Source: Octopus bimaculoides (taxonomy: Eukaryota). From it: 64,000 nucleotides of DNA. Location of the stretch: contig NC_068987.1 in assembly GCF_001194135.2 (NCBI RefSeq), forward strand, positions 60,377,950 through 60,441,949, read 5' to 3'. How positions within the stretch are numbered: position 1 is the stretch's first letter; each line of letters opens with the position of its first letter. Positions 50,330 through 63,224 of this stretch are shown here, one piece after another. A program made the position numbers and the translations under genes. The notes below the pieces were generated by a model. That model was not told where the DNA came from and made no database searches. It was given only the letters and a program-made list of their open reading frames with translations.

Positions 50330-50615
50330 ATGGACACTCGACTGCTTCGTCACTTGATGTTGTGGGATCTTCCCCTTCTCTAAGAGATGTCCAGTCTGAG
50401 TGCTTCATACATTTTTAAGCAGCTTTCATCATTGACATGCATCCCATAACCATTCCAAGGCAGTTTTCTCTTTTATGCATACTACATCTGCTTTCTCTTA
50501 TGCACAACCTTTTCCTCAGGTTATTTGCACTCTAGCATTCATGTAGCATTGCACTTTGTACCAAAGCACTTTCAATCTACCTTCTACTCTAAGGGAGAAG
50601 CCCTTTCTCCCTTTT
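50330..50615 (-). mobile_element. heavily decayed RTE C-terminal relic
   Basis: KGFSLRVEGRL...LRKRLCIR...DESCLK...RRGR pattern on the minus strand. Confidence 0.6.
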
Positions 50616-50795
50616 CTTACTCTCACTACTACTATGCTTTAAGTGAGCACCTACCCCACTGTTAGGGAGCCATTTAATTACACCATATATATNNNNNNNN
50701 NNNNNNNNNNNNNNNNNNNNNNNNNNNNNNNNNNNNNNNNNNNNNNNNNNNNNNNNNNNNATATATATATATATACATATACATATATATACATA

Positions 50796-50832
<37 letters not shown>

Positions 50833-51319
50833 GAGAGCTAGATAGATGGGTAGGCAGATATACATATATATGTATAAATGTATGAATATATGCATGTGTG
50901 TATATACATATATATATGTGTGTGTGCTTGTGCGCACGCACACACACACTCACATGCACACGCGCGCACATGCACATGCACACACTCATACATACATACG
51001 TATATACACATTGGCTAATTGCTCTTATCTCACCAAGACTAAAAGGAAACATAATTACATCTACTATAAGGAATCTTGTGTTTAAACTAAGATTGCAAAT
51101 TAATGCTTGTAACAACCTAGCTGAAGATAATATTAACTGCCTCTACATGTAAAGAGAGTCAATGCCTTGTAGATAATGAAATGTTTTGGACTGAGTGCAG
51201 AATGAAATTGAAGCATAAACATTCCCTCTCAACAGATTGCCATTTAGAATAATTAAAAGCATAACTGGCAAATGTCTGACCGAATACCAAGTTGTGTTTG
51301 CGTATATACTTTCATGTCT

Positions 51320-51600
51320 TGTGGGCTTGTGGGTGCTGGTGCAATGTAAAAAGCACTGGTACCAATGTAAAAAGCACCCAGTACACTCTGTAAAAAAGTG
51401 GTTGCTGTTAGGGAAGGCATCCAGCCATAGAAACCAAGCCAAAACAGACATGGAGCCCACACAGCTCTCCAGTTGACCAGCTCCGGTCAAACAGTCCAAC
51501 TCATGCCAGTATGGAAAAATGGATATTAAATGGTGGTGGTAGTGGTGGCGGCAGCGGCGGTGGTGGTGGTGGCGGCGGTGGCGGCGGCGGTGGTGGTGGT
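51320..51600 (+). mobile_element. RTE 3' UTR followed by (GGT/GGC)n
   Basis: TAAAAAGCACCCAGTACACTCTG...GGAAGGCATCCAGCCATAGAAACC. Confidence 0.7.
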
Positions 51601-52143
51601 CTAAATGTCAATCCTGGCAGAGTTCATTTTCTCATCTATTCTGGATCAAAAATGATAATACCATGATACATTAACTCTTTAACTGCATAATTACATTTCA
51701 TGATCATTCCTGTAATGATGTTAATTAGCTACCAAAAAATAGAATTAATGTTTTTTGCTTTTGCTATACTTTTTCAGTATATCCTGTAGATATGGCTTTC
51801 ATATCCACCACTAAAAGTATTTGATTCTATTCTGACACTGTTACAGGAAATTTGTTCATGAGAAAAATATTAAAGAAATATCTGAAAAATTGTCTTTTGT
51901 AAAAGCGTCACTGGCTATTGAGTGGGGTTTTTTTTAAAGCCATTGGGCTACATAGAAACCAAAGAAAGCCTGTTGTGTGTATGTGTGTGTGTGTACAGAT
52001 GTTTATATTCATACGTATGTAAGCATATGTGCCTCCTCATCTTGACCATCACATGACAGTTCAGAACAAGCATCATTGTCATACATGAGATGTTCATTTT
52101 CACGAAAATCACTTTTAGCCATAGGGAAACATTAAGCTGTCAG

Positions 52144-52378
52144 AAAGGTGGCGAGCTGGCAGAAACGTTAGCACGCCGGGCGAAATGCTTAACAGTATTT
52201 TGTGTGCAGCTACGTTCTGAGTTCAAATTCCGCCAAGGTCGACTTTGCCTTTCATCATTTCGGGGTCGATTAAATAAGTACCAGTTATGCACTGGGGTCG
52301 ATATAATCGACTTAATCCATTTGTCTGTCCTTTTTTGTCCCCTCCGTGTGTAGCCCCTTGTGGGCAGTAAAGAAATGG
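52144..52378 (+). mobile_element. SINE C, young copy
   Basis: family C match with CpGs retained. Confidence 0.88.
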
Positions 52379-52921
52379 GAAACATTAAGCTGTCTGGAAA
52401 CAGGTAAGGAGTAGTGGCAGGAAAAGTACTGGACCATAGAACATCTACCTCAATGAATTCTGTTTAACCCATGCAAGGATGGAAAAGCGAATGCATGAAC
52501 AATGATAATGATAACTGAGTCCTTGGGTATTTTTAGCAAAGTTCACTGTGTTATACATTTTAAAATCATTTGGCTTCCTTCTTGTCTCCTTTTTTTTTTC
52601 TTCAAGTATTACTCTGCAGAATTTCAGACTTATCATCAATGATATCATTCTCACTAGTCTGAGAAGGCCACCAAACTTTATGACACTGCCTGTCCTTTCT
52701 TAAATAACCTGCAAAAAAGTGCAAGATGAACTGGGTTTGTCAACATCATCATCATCATTTAATATCCATTTTCCATGCTGGCATGAGTCGGATGGCTGAC
52801 AGGGGCTGGCTAGCTAGAAACCTGCACCAGGCTTCACTATCTGTTTTAGTAGGGTTTTTATGGCTGGATGCTCTTCCTAACATCAACCACCTTACACGGT
52901 GGATCATATAATTAATTAAAA

Positions 52922-53250
52922 ACTGGCACTCTGTCCGTTATGATGATGAGGGTTCCTGTTGATCCAATCAGCAAAACAGCTTGCTCATGAAATTAATGTG
53001 CAAGTGGCTGAGCACTCCACAAACACACTTAACCTTAACATAATTCTCAAGGAGATTCAGCTTGACACAGAATGTGACAAGGCTGACCCTTTGAAATACA
53101 GGTACAACTCATTTTTGCCAGCTGAGTGGACTGGAGCAATATGAAATGAAGCATCTTGCTCAAGGACTTAATGTCCTACCAGGAATCAAACTCACAACCT
53201 TATGATCAGGAACTGAATACCCTAACCACTAAGCCACATGCCTCCAATTA
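52922..53250 (-). mobile_element. SINE B' head/body with tail Y
   Basis: Reverse complement GGCATGTGGCTTAGTGGTTAGGG...GTCCTTGAGCAAGATGC...CACTCAGCTGGCAAAAATGAGT then tail Y. Confidence 0.75.
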
Positions 53251-54117
53251 ATTAATTGTAATGAACTAATTATACATGAACATGCATGTAATGAAATCCA
53301 ACTAAAGATTTATGAAAAAGACTGCCCCCATATATTATCATTGGCATTCTGATTTTGATTCAGCAAACCAGATGCTTTTTATTATAATTGTAGTTCTCCT
53401 AACTTCAAACTTTGGATACAAATTTGGTCACATGATTAAAAATGTTTGCTTTGCAACCAAGCAGTTCTGGGTTAAAATCCACTGCACAGCACTCTAGGCA
53501 AGTGTTTTCTTTTATAGTCTAAGTTATGTTTTGAGAGTGAAGTTTAGTTACCAGGAACTGTACATGTGTGTGTGTGTGCGCATACATATGCATGTGTGTG
53601 TGTGCATGTGCGCGCGTGTGTGTGCATGCGTGTATGCATGTGTGTGTGTACATACATGTGCGTGTGCATGCTTATATGTATGTGTGTATTGAAGAAGAAT
53701 TGTGAATAAATCAGTGTGTTGGATAAAGTTACATTATGATATTTATTTCATCTGTGTTATACACCTCACATCAAGACGGATTATGAAATACATGTCAGGT
53801 AAAAATTAAGTACCGGGGTTGATACATTTGACTAAAATAATAATTTTTAAAGGTGTTGCCTCAGCATGGATGCAATCCAATCACTAAAAAAGGTAACAGA
53901 ATGAATGAGCAAAAGGTATTTTTTTCAATGAATAGACAAACCTGTGTGCCATGTCCAATAAGTTCACCATTATCAACTCACCGCAGGGAAAGTACACTGT
54001 ATGAATTTTTTGACATAATTCTTCAACTTCAATTTTACTCTCGCTAATTTTTTTTTCAATAAAATAGTTTTGTTTTTTTGTTTTTTTAACTGTTAATGGT
54101 GAGTATATTTTCTCAGT

Positions 54118-54513
54118 GTGGAGGCGCAATGGCCCAATGGTTAGGGCAGTGGACTCGCGGTCATAGGATCGTGGTTTTGATTCCCAGACTGGCCCTTGTG
54201 AGTGTTTATTGAGCGAAAACACCTAAAAGCTCCACAAGGCTCCGGCAGGGGATGGTGGCAAACCCTGCTGTACTCTTCCACCACAACTTTCTCTCACTCT
54301 TACTTCCTGTTTCTGTTGTGCCTGTAATTCAAAGGGTCAGCCTTGTCACACTGTGTCACGTTGAATATCCCCAAGAACTATGTTAAGGGTACACGTGTCT
54401 GTGGAGTGCTCAGCCACTTGCACGTTAATTTCACGAGCAGACTTTTCTGTTGATCGGATCAACTGGAACCCTCGACGTCGTAAGCGACGGAGTGCCAACA
54501 ACAACAACAACAA
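54118..54513 (+). mobile_element. SINE B/tail Y, young full-length, (CAA)n end
   Basis: family B match. Confidence 0.92.
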
Positions 54514-54916
54514 TTTTCTCAGTAAACTTTCCGCACAGTGAACTTTCCTCATGTTGAACTTTCTTCACAGTGAATTGATGGCGGTGAACTTACCTGCAAT
54601 CCCTACATGTGGTACCTATATACAATCATTAGAACTGAGATTTAAACATTATGTTCAGAAACAGGGAGATGTGTTTGTAATACAAAATGAATTAAGTTCA
54701 ATTAATAATTAACATCCTTTTGAGACAAAGAACTGGGAATAGCTTTAGACATTTCTCTTGCTCTTAATATTCAATAGCAAAATGCCACCAAGAACAGTAG
54801 TTAAATCTCATGGCTCATTAATTAGTAATTTATGTATTAAATATTTTCTTTTGATATATCACTGGATCTAATTGAGTTTCTCATTAATCTTTTTGATTCC
54901 TTGATTTGGTTTACAT

Positions 54917-55369
54917 CATTGGTTCTCAACAAGGGTCTATATGGCTCCTGAGGGTCTGTATAAGTTTTTGGGTGGGTTGAAGGTGGATCCACTCAACAAA
55001 ATAGTAAATTGGAGATCCACAATAGTATTTTAAGGGGCCCTGAAAAAATTCTGCTTTTGATGTATGTATTGGTATGTATTACAGGAAACGGCTAGGCTTC
55101 TTTCTTTGACGTTTTACATAGTTCAACCTACACAAGTTAATGTGTGGAAAACAAAATAGGAATTTTGAAAGAAGTTTCTATAAAACAAGTTTTGTAGGCA
55201 CGGGAGTGGCTGTGTGGTAAGTAGCTTGCTTACCAACCACATGGTTCTGGGTTCAGTCCCACTGCATGGCACCTTGGGCAAGTGTCTTCTACTATAGCCT
55301 CGGGCCAACTAAAGCCTTGTGAGTGGATTTGGAAGACAGAAACTGAAAGAAGCCCATTGTGTGTATATA

Positions 55370-55468
<99 letters not shown>

Positions 55469-55770
55469 TTGTGTGTCTGTGTTTGTCCCCCAAAATTGCT
55501 TGACAACTGATGCTGGTGTGTTTACGTCCCCATAACTTAGTGGTTCAGCAAAAGAGACCGATAGAATAAGTACTAGGCTTCCAAAGAATAAGTCCTGGGG
55601 TCGATTTGCTCGACTAAAGGTGGTGCTCCAGCATGGCCGCAGTCAAATGACTGAAACAAGTAAAAGAGTAAAAGAGTAAAGAGTAAGAGTAAACATCAAA
55701 TGGCTATGGGGAATCCATCAGAATAAAGTAGTAATCAATGATATAGACAAAAAATGGTTGAGAGCCCCTA
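54917..55770. mobile_element. hAT-type MITE interrupted by SINE A
   Basis: Termini CATTGGTTCTCAAC / GGTTGAGAGCCCCTA; 8-bp TSD GTTTACAT (54909-54916) / GGTTACAT (55771-55778). Confidence 0.7.
55197..55692 (+). mobile_element. SINE A with long internal (TG)n (nested in MITE)
   Basis: family A match. Confidence 0.92.
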
Positions 55771-56530
55771 GGTTACATTAAATTGAGATTTCTTTTCATC
55801 ATCATCATTTAACATCTGCCTTTCATGTTGGCATGGGTTGGACAGTTTAACAGGATTCGATGAATGAAAGGGCTGAGTCATGTTCCAATGTCTGTTTTCA
55901 GTAAGGTGAGAACTAGCGTTGAGCACAGAGACATGTTTAGTAGGCAAGTCTCCTTATTCATCACAGTTGTCTAAGCCATAATAGAGGATTTAAGACTGGT
56001 TTTCTGTGGGAATGGCTCTATGTTGGCAACCTCAAAGTGCATCAAGTCCACAAATCTATCATATTTTGGACATTCAGTGCACCACAAGTCATTGTCCAAG
56101 ATTTCCTGACAGGAAGTGTGGTGGCTAAGAGAGCAGGAGCTGTCAAAAATGTTTCTGGAATGACGTCAAAGAATGAACAGGAAATGAGAGCCTGGCTGAT
56201 TGTATTCTTGCAACATATCACTGAGGGAATTGAAAAGTCTTGGAAAACTGAGCTTTGGACACTGGTGGCGGTGGTGGTGGTGGTGGTGGTGGGGTGGGGT
56301 CATCTGATTGATAATGTGTGTGTGTGTGTGTGCACGCACACGTGCGTGCATGCATGTGTGTGCATGTGCATGTGCATGTACGTGTGCTTGTGTGTGTGGC
56401 TCTGTGAGTTTGTAAATTTCTGAGAAGTATTATTGGGCAGAGGTGTTATGGTATGATGTTTAGAGATGCAGAGAGGATTGCAGTTGAAATAAAAGGAAGG
56501 AAGGAAGGAAGGAAGGAAGGAAGGAAGGAA

Positions 56531-56579
<49 letters not shown>

Positions 56580-56837
56580 GAAAAAAGAAAGAAATAAAGA
56601 AAGAAAGAAAGAAATTATCAGTAAACAGATGTATATGCAAGCAAATAGTCATAGCAAGTTGGTGAGTGACTCATTGCCAATCAGCTGACTGATCTTCTTT
56701 TGGATGTAGTCTATTATGTTTTTATACATAATGGCAACACCAGCCCAGATAAATAAATCTAACTGTCTATCTAGGTAGCTATCTGTTTGTTTGTTTGTTT
56801 GTCTGTCTGTCTGCCTCACACACACTATCTCTCTCTC

Positions 56838-56911
<74 letters not shown>

Positions 56912-57142
56912 CATACACACAAATATATAGGTATCTAGGTACGTAGGTAGATAGGTAAATAGGTAGGTATATTGGTATCTATCTATCTATCTTCCAACCT
57001 ACCTACGTACCTACCTACGTACCTACCTGCCTACATACCTACCTACCTACTTACCTACCTACCTACCTACCTACCTGCCTACCTACCGACCGACCGACCT
57101 ACCTAGGTAGATAGGCAAATAGGTAGGTTGGTAGATAGATAA

Positions 57143-57216
<74 letters not shown>

Positions 57217-57619
57217 GCTGGCTTCTTTATAGTATCCACCTACCAATTTCCAGTTCTTTCTATTTTAGCTCCATCTTGAAGCTAAGATAGAAAACAAAGT
57301 GGTACTGTATACATCTTGGGTATACATGTGAACACATGCATACATGTGTACATACATACATGTAAGCATTTTATCGTGGGCACTTATACATATATGGATT
57401 CATATATGAATTACTTCTGGTCATATATTTACAATTCATTACCATAAACTGGGATAGAAAAATGTAGTAAAATACAATTGACAAAGTAACAAATTTCTTC
57501 TTTTGGTCTTGTAAGAGCCTAGATATGCACCTGATGCAAGCTTCATAATAAACCAAATTTATTTACTTGCTGAAGATACAACACAATACTTTTGCACAAC
57601 TCAGACTCATGGCCATTAA

Positions 57620-57840
57620 CCCTTTCGTTACTGTATTTATTTTGAGATGCTGTGTGTTTCTTTTAATTATTTTAAATATAACAAAGAATTTAGTAAAATA
57701 TATTAGTTATCATTAAGCTAATGTTAGGAACCTAAATTTTGACTAAAGTTTGATGGAAGATTTTAAATCAAAACTTATGAAAACTAGACATTTGTACTTC
57801 AGAGCCAGAGCTGGTTTCAGCTGGGTTGGTAACAAAAGGG
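57620..57840. mobile_element. piggyBac-type MITE, 221 bp
   Basis: TTAA|CCCTTTCGTTAC ... GTAACAAAAGGG|TTAA (11/12 TIR match, TTAA TSD). Confidence 0.85.
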
Positions 57841-58596
57841 TTAAACTAAATATTTATATCAGATTTTTACCTGGGTTTGTAATTGTTTTGTATTTGATGA
57901 TAGTTGTGTTGATGATGATGTTCATTATCATCATCATAATCCTGATCATGATGATCATATATATATATGATCATCATCGTTTAACGTCCGCCTTCTATGC
58001 CAGCATGGACAATATATATATATATATATATATANNNNNNNNNNNNNNNNNNNNNNNNNNNNNNNNNNNNNNNNNNNNNNNNNNNNNNNNNNNNNNNNNN
58101 NNNNNNNNNNNNNNNNNNNNNNNNNNNNNNNNNNNNNNNNNNNNNNNNNNNNNNNNNNNNNNNNNNNNNNNNNNNNNNNNNNNNNNNNNNNNNNNNNNNN
58201 NNNNNNNNNNNNNNNNNNNNNNNNNNNNNNNNNNNNNNNNNNNNNNNNNNNNNNNNNNNNNNNNNNNNNNNNNNNNNNNNNNNNNNNNNNNNNNNNNNNN
58301 NNNNNNNNNNNNNNNNNNNNNNNNNNNNNNNNNNNNNNNNNNNNNNNNNNNNNNNNNNNNNNNNNNNNNNNNNNNNNNNNNNNNNNNNNNNNNNNNNNNN
58401 NNNNNNNNNNNNNNNNNNNNNNNNNNNNNNNNNNNNNNNNNNNNNNNNNNNNNNNNNNNNNNNNNNNNNNNNNNNNNNNNNNNNNNNNNNNNNNNNNNNN
58501 NNNNNNNNNNNNNNNNNNNNNNNNNNNNNNNNNNNNNNNNNNNNNNNNNNNNNNNNNNNNNNNNNNNNNNNNNNNNNNNNNNNNATATATATATAT

Positions 58597-58729
58597 ATTG
58601 GCATTAGGAAGGGCATCCAGCTGTAGAAACTCTGCCAAATTTAGATTGGAGCCTGGTGTTGCCATCCAGTTTCACCAGTCCTCAGTCAAGTCGTCCAACC
58701 CATGCTAGCATGGAAAGCGGACGTTAAAC

Positions 58730-58768
<39 letters not shown>
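58597..58768 (+). mobile_element. young RTE 3' end between two (TA)n runs
   Basis: (TA)n-TTGGCATTAGGAAGGG...GGACGTTAAAC(GAT)n(AT)n. Confidence 0.88.
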
Positions 58769-58799
<31 letters not shown>

Positions 58800-58800
<1 letters not shown>

Positions 58801-59030
58801 ATTTCCAGTTTTGGCACAGAGCCAGCAATTTCAGGGGTTGGATAAGTTGATGACATCAACTTCAGTGCTCACTTGGTAGATATTTATTTTATTGACTCCA
58901 AAAGAATGAAAGGTAAAGTCAGCCCCAGCACTCAGCAGCATTTGAACTCAAAAAGATAAAGTTGAATGAAAAGCCAGAAATGCCACTACGCATCTCACCT
59001 GGCATGCTAACGATTCTACCAGCTCACCTT
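58800..59030 (-). mobile_element. SINE C, old
   Basis: family C match. Confidence 0.6.
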
Positions 59031-59039
59031 ATACATACA

Positions 59040-59200
59040 GGCGTAGGCGAGGCTGTGTGGTAAGAAGCTTGCTTCCCAACCACATGGTTCCAGGTTCAGT
59101 CCCCCTGCATGGCACATTGGGCAAGTGTCTTCTACTATCGCCCCACAGACTAAAACCTTGTGAGTAGATTTGGTAGATGGAAACTGAAAGAAGCCCATTA
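59040..59200 (+). mobile_element. SINE A 5' half
   Basis: family A match. Confidence 0.8.
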
Positions 59201-59413
59201 TATATGTGTATGTGTGTGTGTATGATTGTGTGTATACATTGGGAGTGGGTGTGTGCACATGTGCATACATGGGTGGGTGGGTGTGTGTGTGTGTGTGTGT
59301 GTGTGTATGAGTGAGTGTGTGTATATATGGATGTGTGCGCATATGCATATATGGGTGTGTGTATGTTCGCATCTTCTTGTCTTCACATTGTGTGATGTTT
59401 GCACATGAAAAAA

Positions 59414-59625
59414 GTGGTGAGCTGGCAAAACGTTAGCACCCTGGGTGAAATGCTTAGCGGTATTTCGTCTGTCTTTACGTTCTGTGTTCAAATTCCACCA
59501 AGGTCGACTTTGCCTTTCATCCTTTCGGCGTCGATAAATTAAGAACCAGTTGCGTACTGGAGTCAATCTAATTGACTGACCCCCTCCCCCAAAATTTCGG
59601 GCCTTGTGCCTAGAGTAGAAAAGAA
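59414..59625 (+). mobile_element. SINE C
   Basis: family C match. Confidence 0.85.
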
Positions 59626-59714
59626 TATTTGCAGATGGGAGTCACCATCATAGACATGGTGTCCCTTGTTTCCAATCATCTGCAAAAGCCTGTCCGGACA
59701 TAAGGGATTGGTGG

Positions 59715-59753
<39 letters not shown>

Positions 59754-59754
59754 C

Positions 59755-59797
<43 letters not shown>

Positions 59798-60066
59798 GTG
59801 GTGGTAGTGGTGGTGGTAGTGGTGGTGGTGGTGATGATGATGACAATATTTCCAATTTCTTTCCATAGTAGTTCTAGTTGTTCAAAAGTGTTTTTAATTT
59901 CTCTGTTGCCTTTGATCTATTCCATTCTCCACATGAAATGGCTGATTAGATTTGATTATTTGCTAAATTAGACCTTTTCTTCTAATTTCAAATTTTCCTT
60001 TAGACTTTTCATCCTGTCTCTGTAGAACATGCTACACTTTATTCTACATAAATTTAGATGTCAGTG

Positions 60067-60118
<52 letters not shown>

Positions 60119-60580
60119 TTGATCAAAGTATATATTATTACAGATCCATTTCAGCTGGTCTTACCAATTGGTTTCTCATCCGCTTTTAGAAAACTAGATA
60201 TTAGATAACAAGATGGGTATCTAAACCCATTTGCTCTTCAAAGGTGACAGATATGGAAAAAAAAATATTGTAACTATATAAAGTCCATATTATTTCCATG
60301 CCTGCCATTTCTGAAAAACATACGTGTTTAGATAATCGTGTTTTTTAGCTAATATCCAGTATCTGTTATCCAGTTATGTAATAGCTGATGCAAAACTGAT
60401 TAGCACGATCGACTGAAATGGGTTTATAATACTGCATACTTTGATTATTATATCCACTCTGTTGACAAATACATGAATGCTGCCTATTTTCTCTGACTAA
60501 TAGCTACTTGGACAATACGCACACACACATATACATATCTATATCTATATATCTATACACACACACATATATATATATAA

Positions 60581-60612
<32 letters not shown>

Positions 60613-61385
60613 NNNNNNNNNNNNNNNNNNNNNNNNNNNNNNNNNNNNNNNNNNNNNNNNNNNNNNNNNNNNNNNNNNNNNNNNNNNNNNNNNNNNNNNN
60701 NNNNNNNNNNNNNNNNNNNNNNNNNNNNNNNNNNNNNNNNNNNNNNNNNNNNNNNNNNNNNNNNNNNNNNNNNNNNNNNNNNNNNNNNNNNNNNNNNNNN
60801 NNNNNNNNNNNNNNNNNNNNNNNNNNNNNNNNNNNNNNNNNNNNNNNNNNNNNNNNNNNNNNNNNNNNNNNNNNNNNNNNNNNNNNNNNNNNNNNNNNNN
60901 NNNNNNNNNNNNNNNNNNNNNNNNNNNNNNNNNNNNNNNNNNNNNNNNNNNNNNNNNNNNNNNNNNNNNNNNNNNNNNNNNNNNNNNNNNNNNNNNNNNN
61001 NNNNNNNNNNNNNNNNNNNNNNNNNNNNNNNNNNNNNNNNNNNNNNNNNNNNNNNNNNNNNNNNNNNNNNNNNNNNNNNNNNNNNNNNNNNNNNNNNNNN
61101 NNNNNNNNNNNNNNNNNNNNNNNNNNNNNNNNNNNNNNNNNNNNNNNNNNNNNNNNNNNNNNNNNNNNNNNNNNNNNNNNNNNNNNNNNNNNNNNNNNNN
61201 NNNNNNNNNNNNNNNNNNNNNNNNNNNNNNNNNNNNNNNNNNNNNNNNNNNNNNNNNNNNNNNNNNNNNNNNNNNNNNNNNNNNNNNNNNNNNNNNNNNN
61301 NNNNNNNNNNNNNNNNNNNNNNNNNNNNNNNNNNNNNNNNNNNNNNNNNNNNNNNNNNNNNNNNNNNNNNNNNNNNNNNNNNNNN

Positions 61386-61475
<90 letters not shown>

Positions 61476-62016
61476 GTATATATATATATACACACACACA
61501 TATATCTATATATATACACATATACACATATTGTCAATACCTAACTCTCAGAGATAAACACCAAAGACTTTTTCAGAATTTTATTCTGTTAGACCGGTCA
61601 TCCAGTTCAGAGATGAGTTCCATCTCAGAATCAAGTGATAAATCTTCTTCTCTTGGATAATGCAAGAGAAACCAACGTTAAGTACTGATCAAATGGATTG
61701 TTCAGCTTTCTGAACGGAATACAATGTTTGGGTATCAAACCCAAAATATATAAAAATATATATATAAAAGAAAAAAAAAAAAAAGAAACGATGCTTATAT
61801 TTAAATGACAATGTATACTGTATTTATAAATAGTACAGGAAATGAGAAAAAAGCTAAAAAAAGTGTGTAAGAGCATCGGTGTATGTACATCCTAAGGGTG
61901 GAACGAGAAACAGCTTAATATAAATCTAAGTAGTTGCATTAACAAAGTAGATAATATGGTGGTCTTTGAATCCAGTTTTCTTGGGTTTTCTTTTTTTTTT
62001 GTTTTTTTTTTTTTAG

Positions 62017-62081
62017 TTTTCATATCTTGCCGCTGGCACTGTGTTAAAATAGATAGAAAATAAAGACAAGAAGAAGAAATG
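62017..62081 (+). other. candidate 65-nt 5'-UTR exon ending in the start codon (ATG|GTAAGA)
   Basis: About 35-nt T-rich tract ending TAG at 62016; stops in all three frames; ATG 62079-62081 with purine at -3 and an in-frame upstream TAA; good donor. Confidence 0.45.
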
Positions 62082-62176
62082 GTAAGATCGCAAATCTTCT
62101 GCTACAAGACTAAATGTGTAAATCACAACTTAATTACCTTTACTTCATACCTAAGTTCAACCGTTCCCATTCAAAG

Positions 62177-62216
<40 letters not shown>

Positions 62217-62863
62217 TGTCGTTGTTGTCATCGTCGTCGTCGTCATCATCATCATCATCATCATTGTCATTATCATCATCGTCATCATCATCGTCGTCAT
62301 CATCATCATCATTGTTGTTGTTACTGTCGTAATGTTTTTTTTTAATTCTTTTATTTTTTGCTTATCTCTCATCTCACACAAACAATACGTGATACCGCCG
62401 AAGAAGTGCCGGCATGTCGTGCCATTCAAAAACATTTCTTAACCTACTACTGTGCTGGTCATTAGTACATTCACTTTCTTATGAGATCTTAATTGAATGA
62501 AATCAAACATGACACTTGATTGTATAGAAGTTCACAGAGTATCAGGCCAAATCAATCATTGCTAATACAATAAAGAGAATACTTTATTTTAGTGCTAATT
62601 CATCAATTTTTAAAATTATTCCTTTGCTTCTGGCACGACATCATTCTTACATCGCTTTCTTTCATGTTTCGCTATTACTTATTACTGCTTTTTCAAAAAC
62701 CCTATTGTTTTATATCATGTCACCAATGCTGTATTGTGTCTATGGCCAATGTGATTAAATGCCAATGATGGGCACGTCCCTTCTTGCTATTTGACCAAAG
62801 ACTATAAAGCAAAGATAAGTGCAAGCCCTGTGGGTCAGAGTGGTTGTTCCAGTCAGCTCTAAG

Positions 62864-62993
62864 AGACCAATAGAATAAGTACTAGACTTACAAAGAATAA
62901 GTGCTGGAGCCAATTTGTTCAACTAAAGGCAATGCTCCAGCATGGCCGCAGTCAAATGACTGAAACAGGTAAAAGAATAAAGAATAAAAGAAT
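62864..62993 (+). mobile_element. SINE A 3' part
   Basis: AGAGACCAATAGAATAAGTACTAG...CAGCATGGCCGCAGTCAAATGACTGAAAC. Confidence 0.8.
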
Positions 62994-63116
62994 ATATACA
63001 CACACATGTATACACTCATTACATATATTCATTACATATATATCTTTTATCTTTTACTTGTTTCAGTCATTAGACAGCAGCCATATATATTACGTATATG
63101 TGTATACACACGCACG

Positions 63117-63147
<31 letters not shown>

Positions 63148-63176
63148 ATGTATATGTATATATAATAATAATAATG

Positions 63177-63224
<48 letters not shown>

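Noticed and set aside
50320-50410. Plus-strand exon after TTTTTCAG
   Set aside because: It is the antisense of a decayed RTE C-terminus.
51530-51600. G-quadruplex-like (GGT/GGC)n
   Set aside because: Ordinary expansion of an RTE tail; only GG runs; no supporting context.
56037-56423. 128-aa ORF
   Set aside because: Last third is microsatellite; the unique part has no recognisable homology or splice sites.
60168-60185. 18-nt minus-strand microexon ending TTG|GTAAGA
   Set aside because: Acceptor is AAAAG with a poor pyrimidine tract; likely chance.
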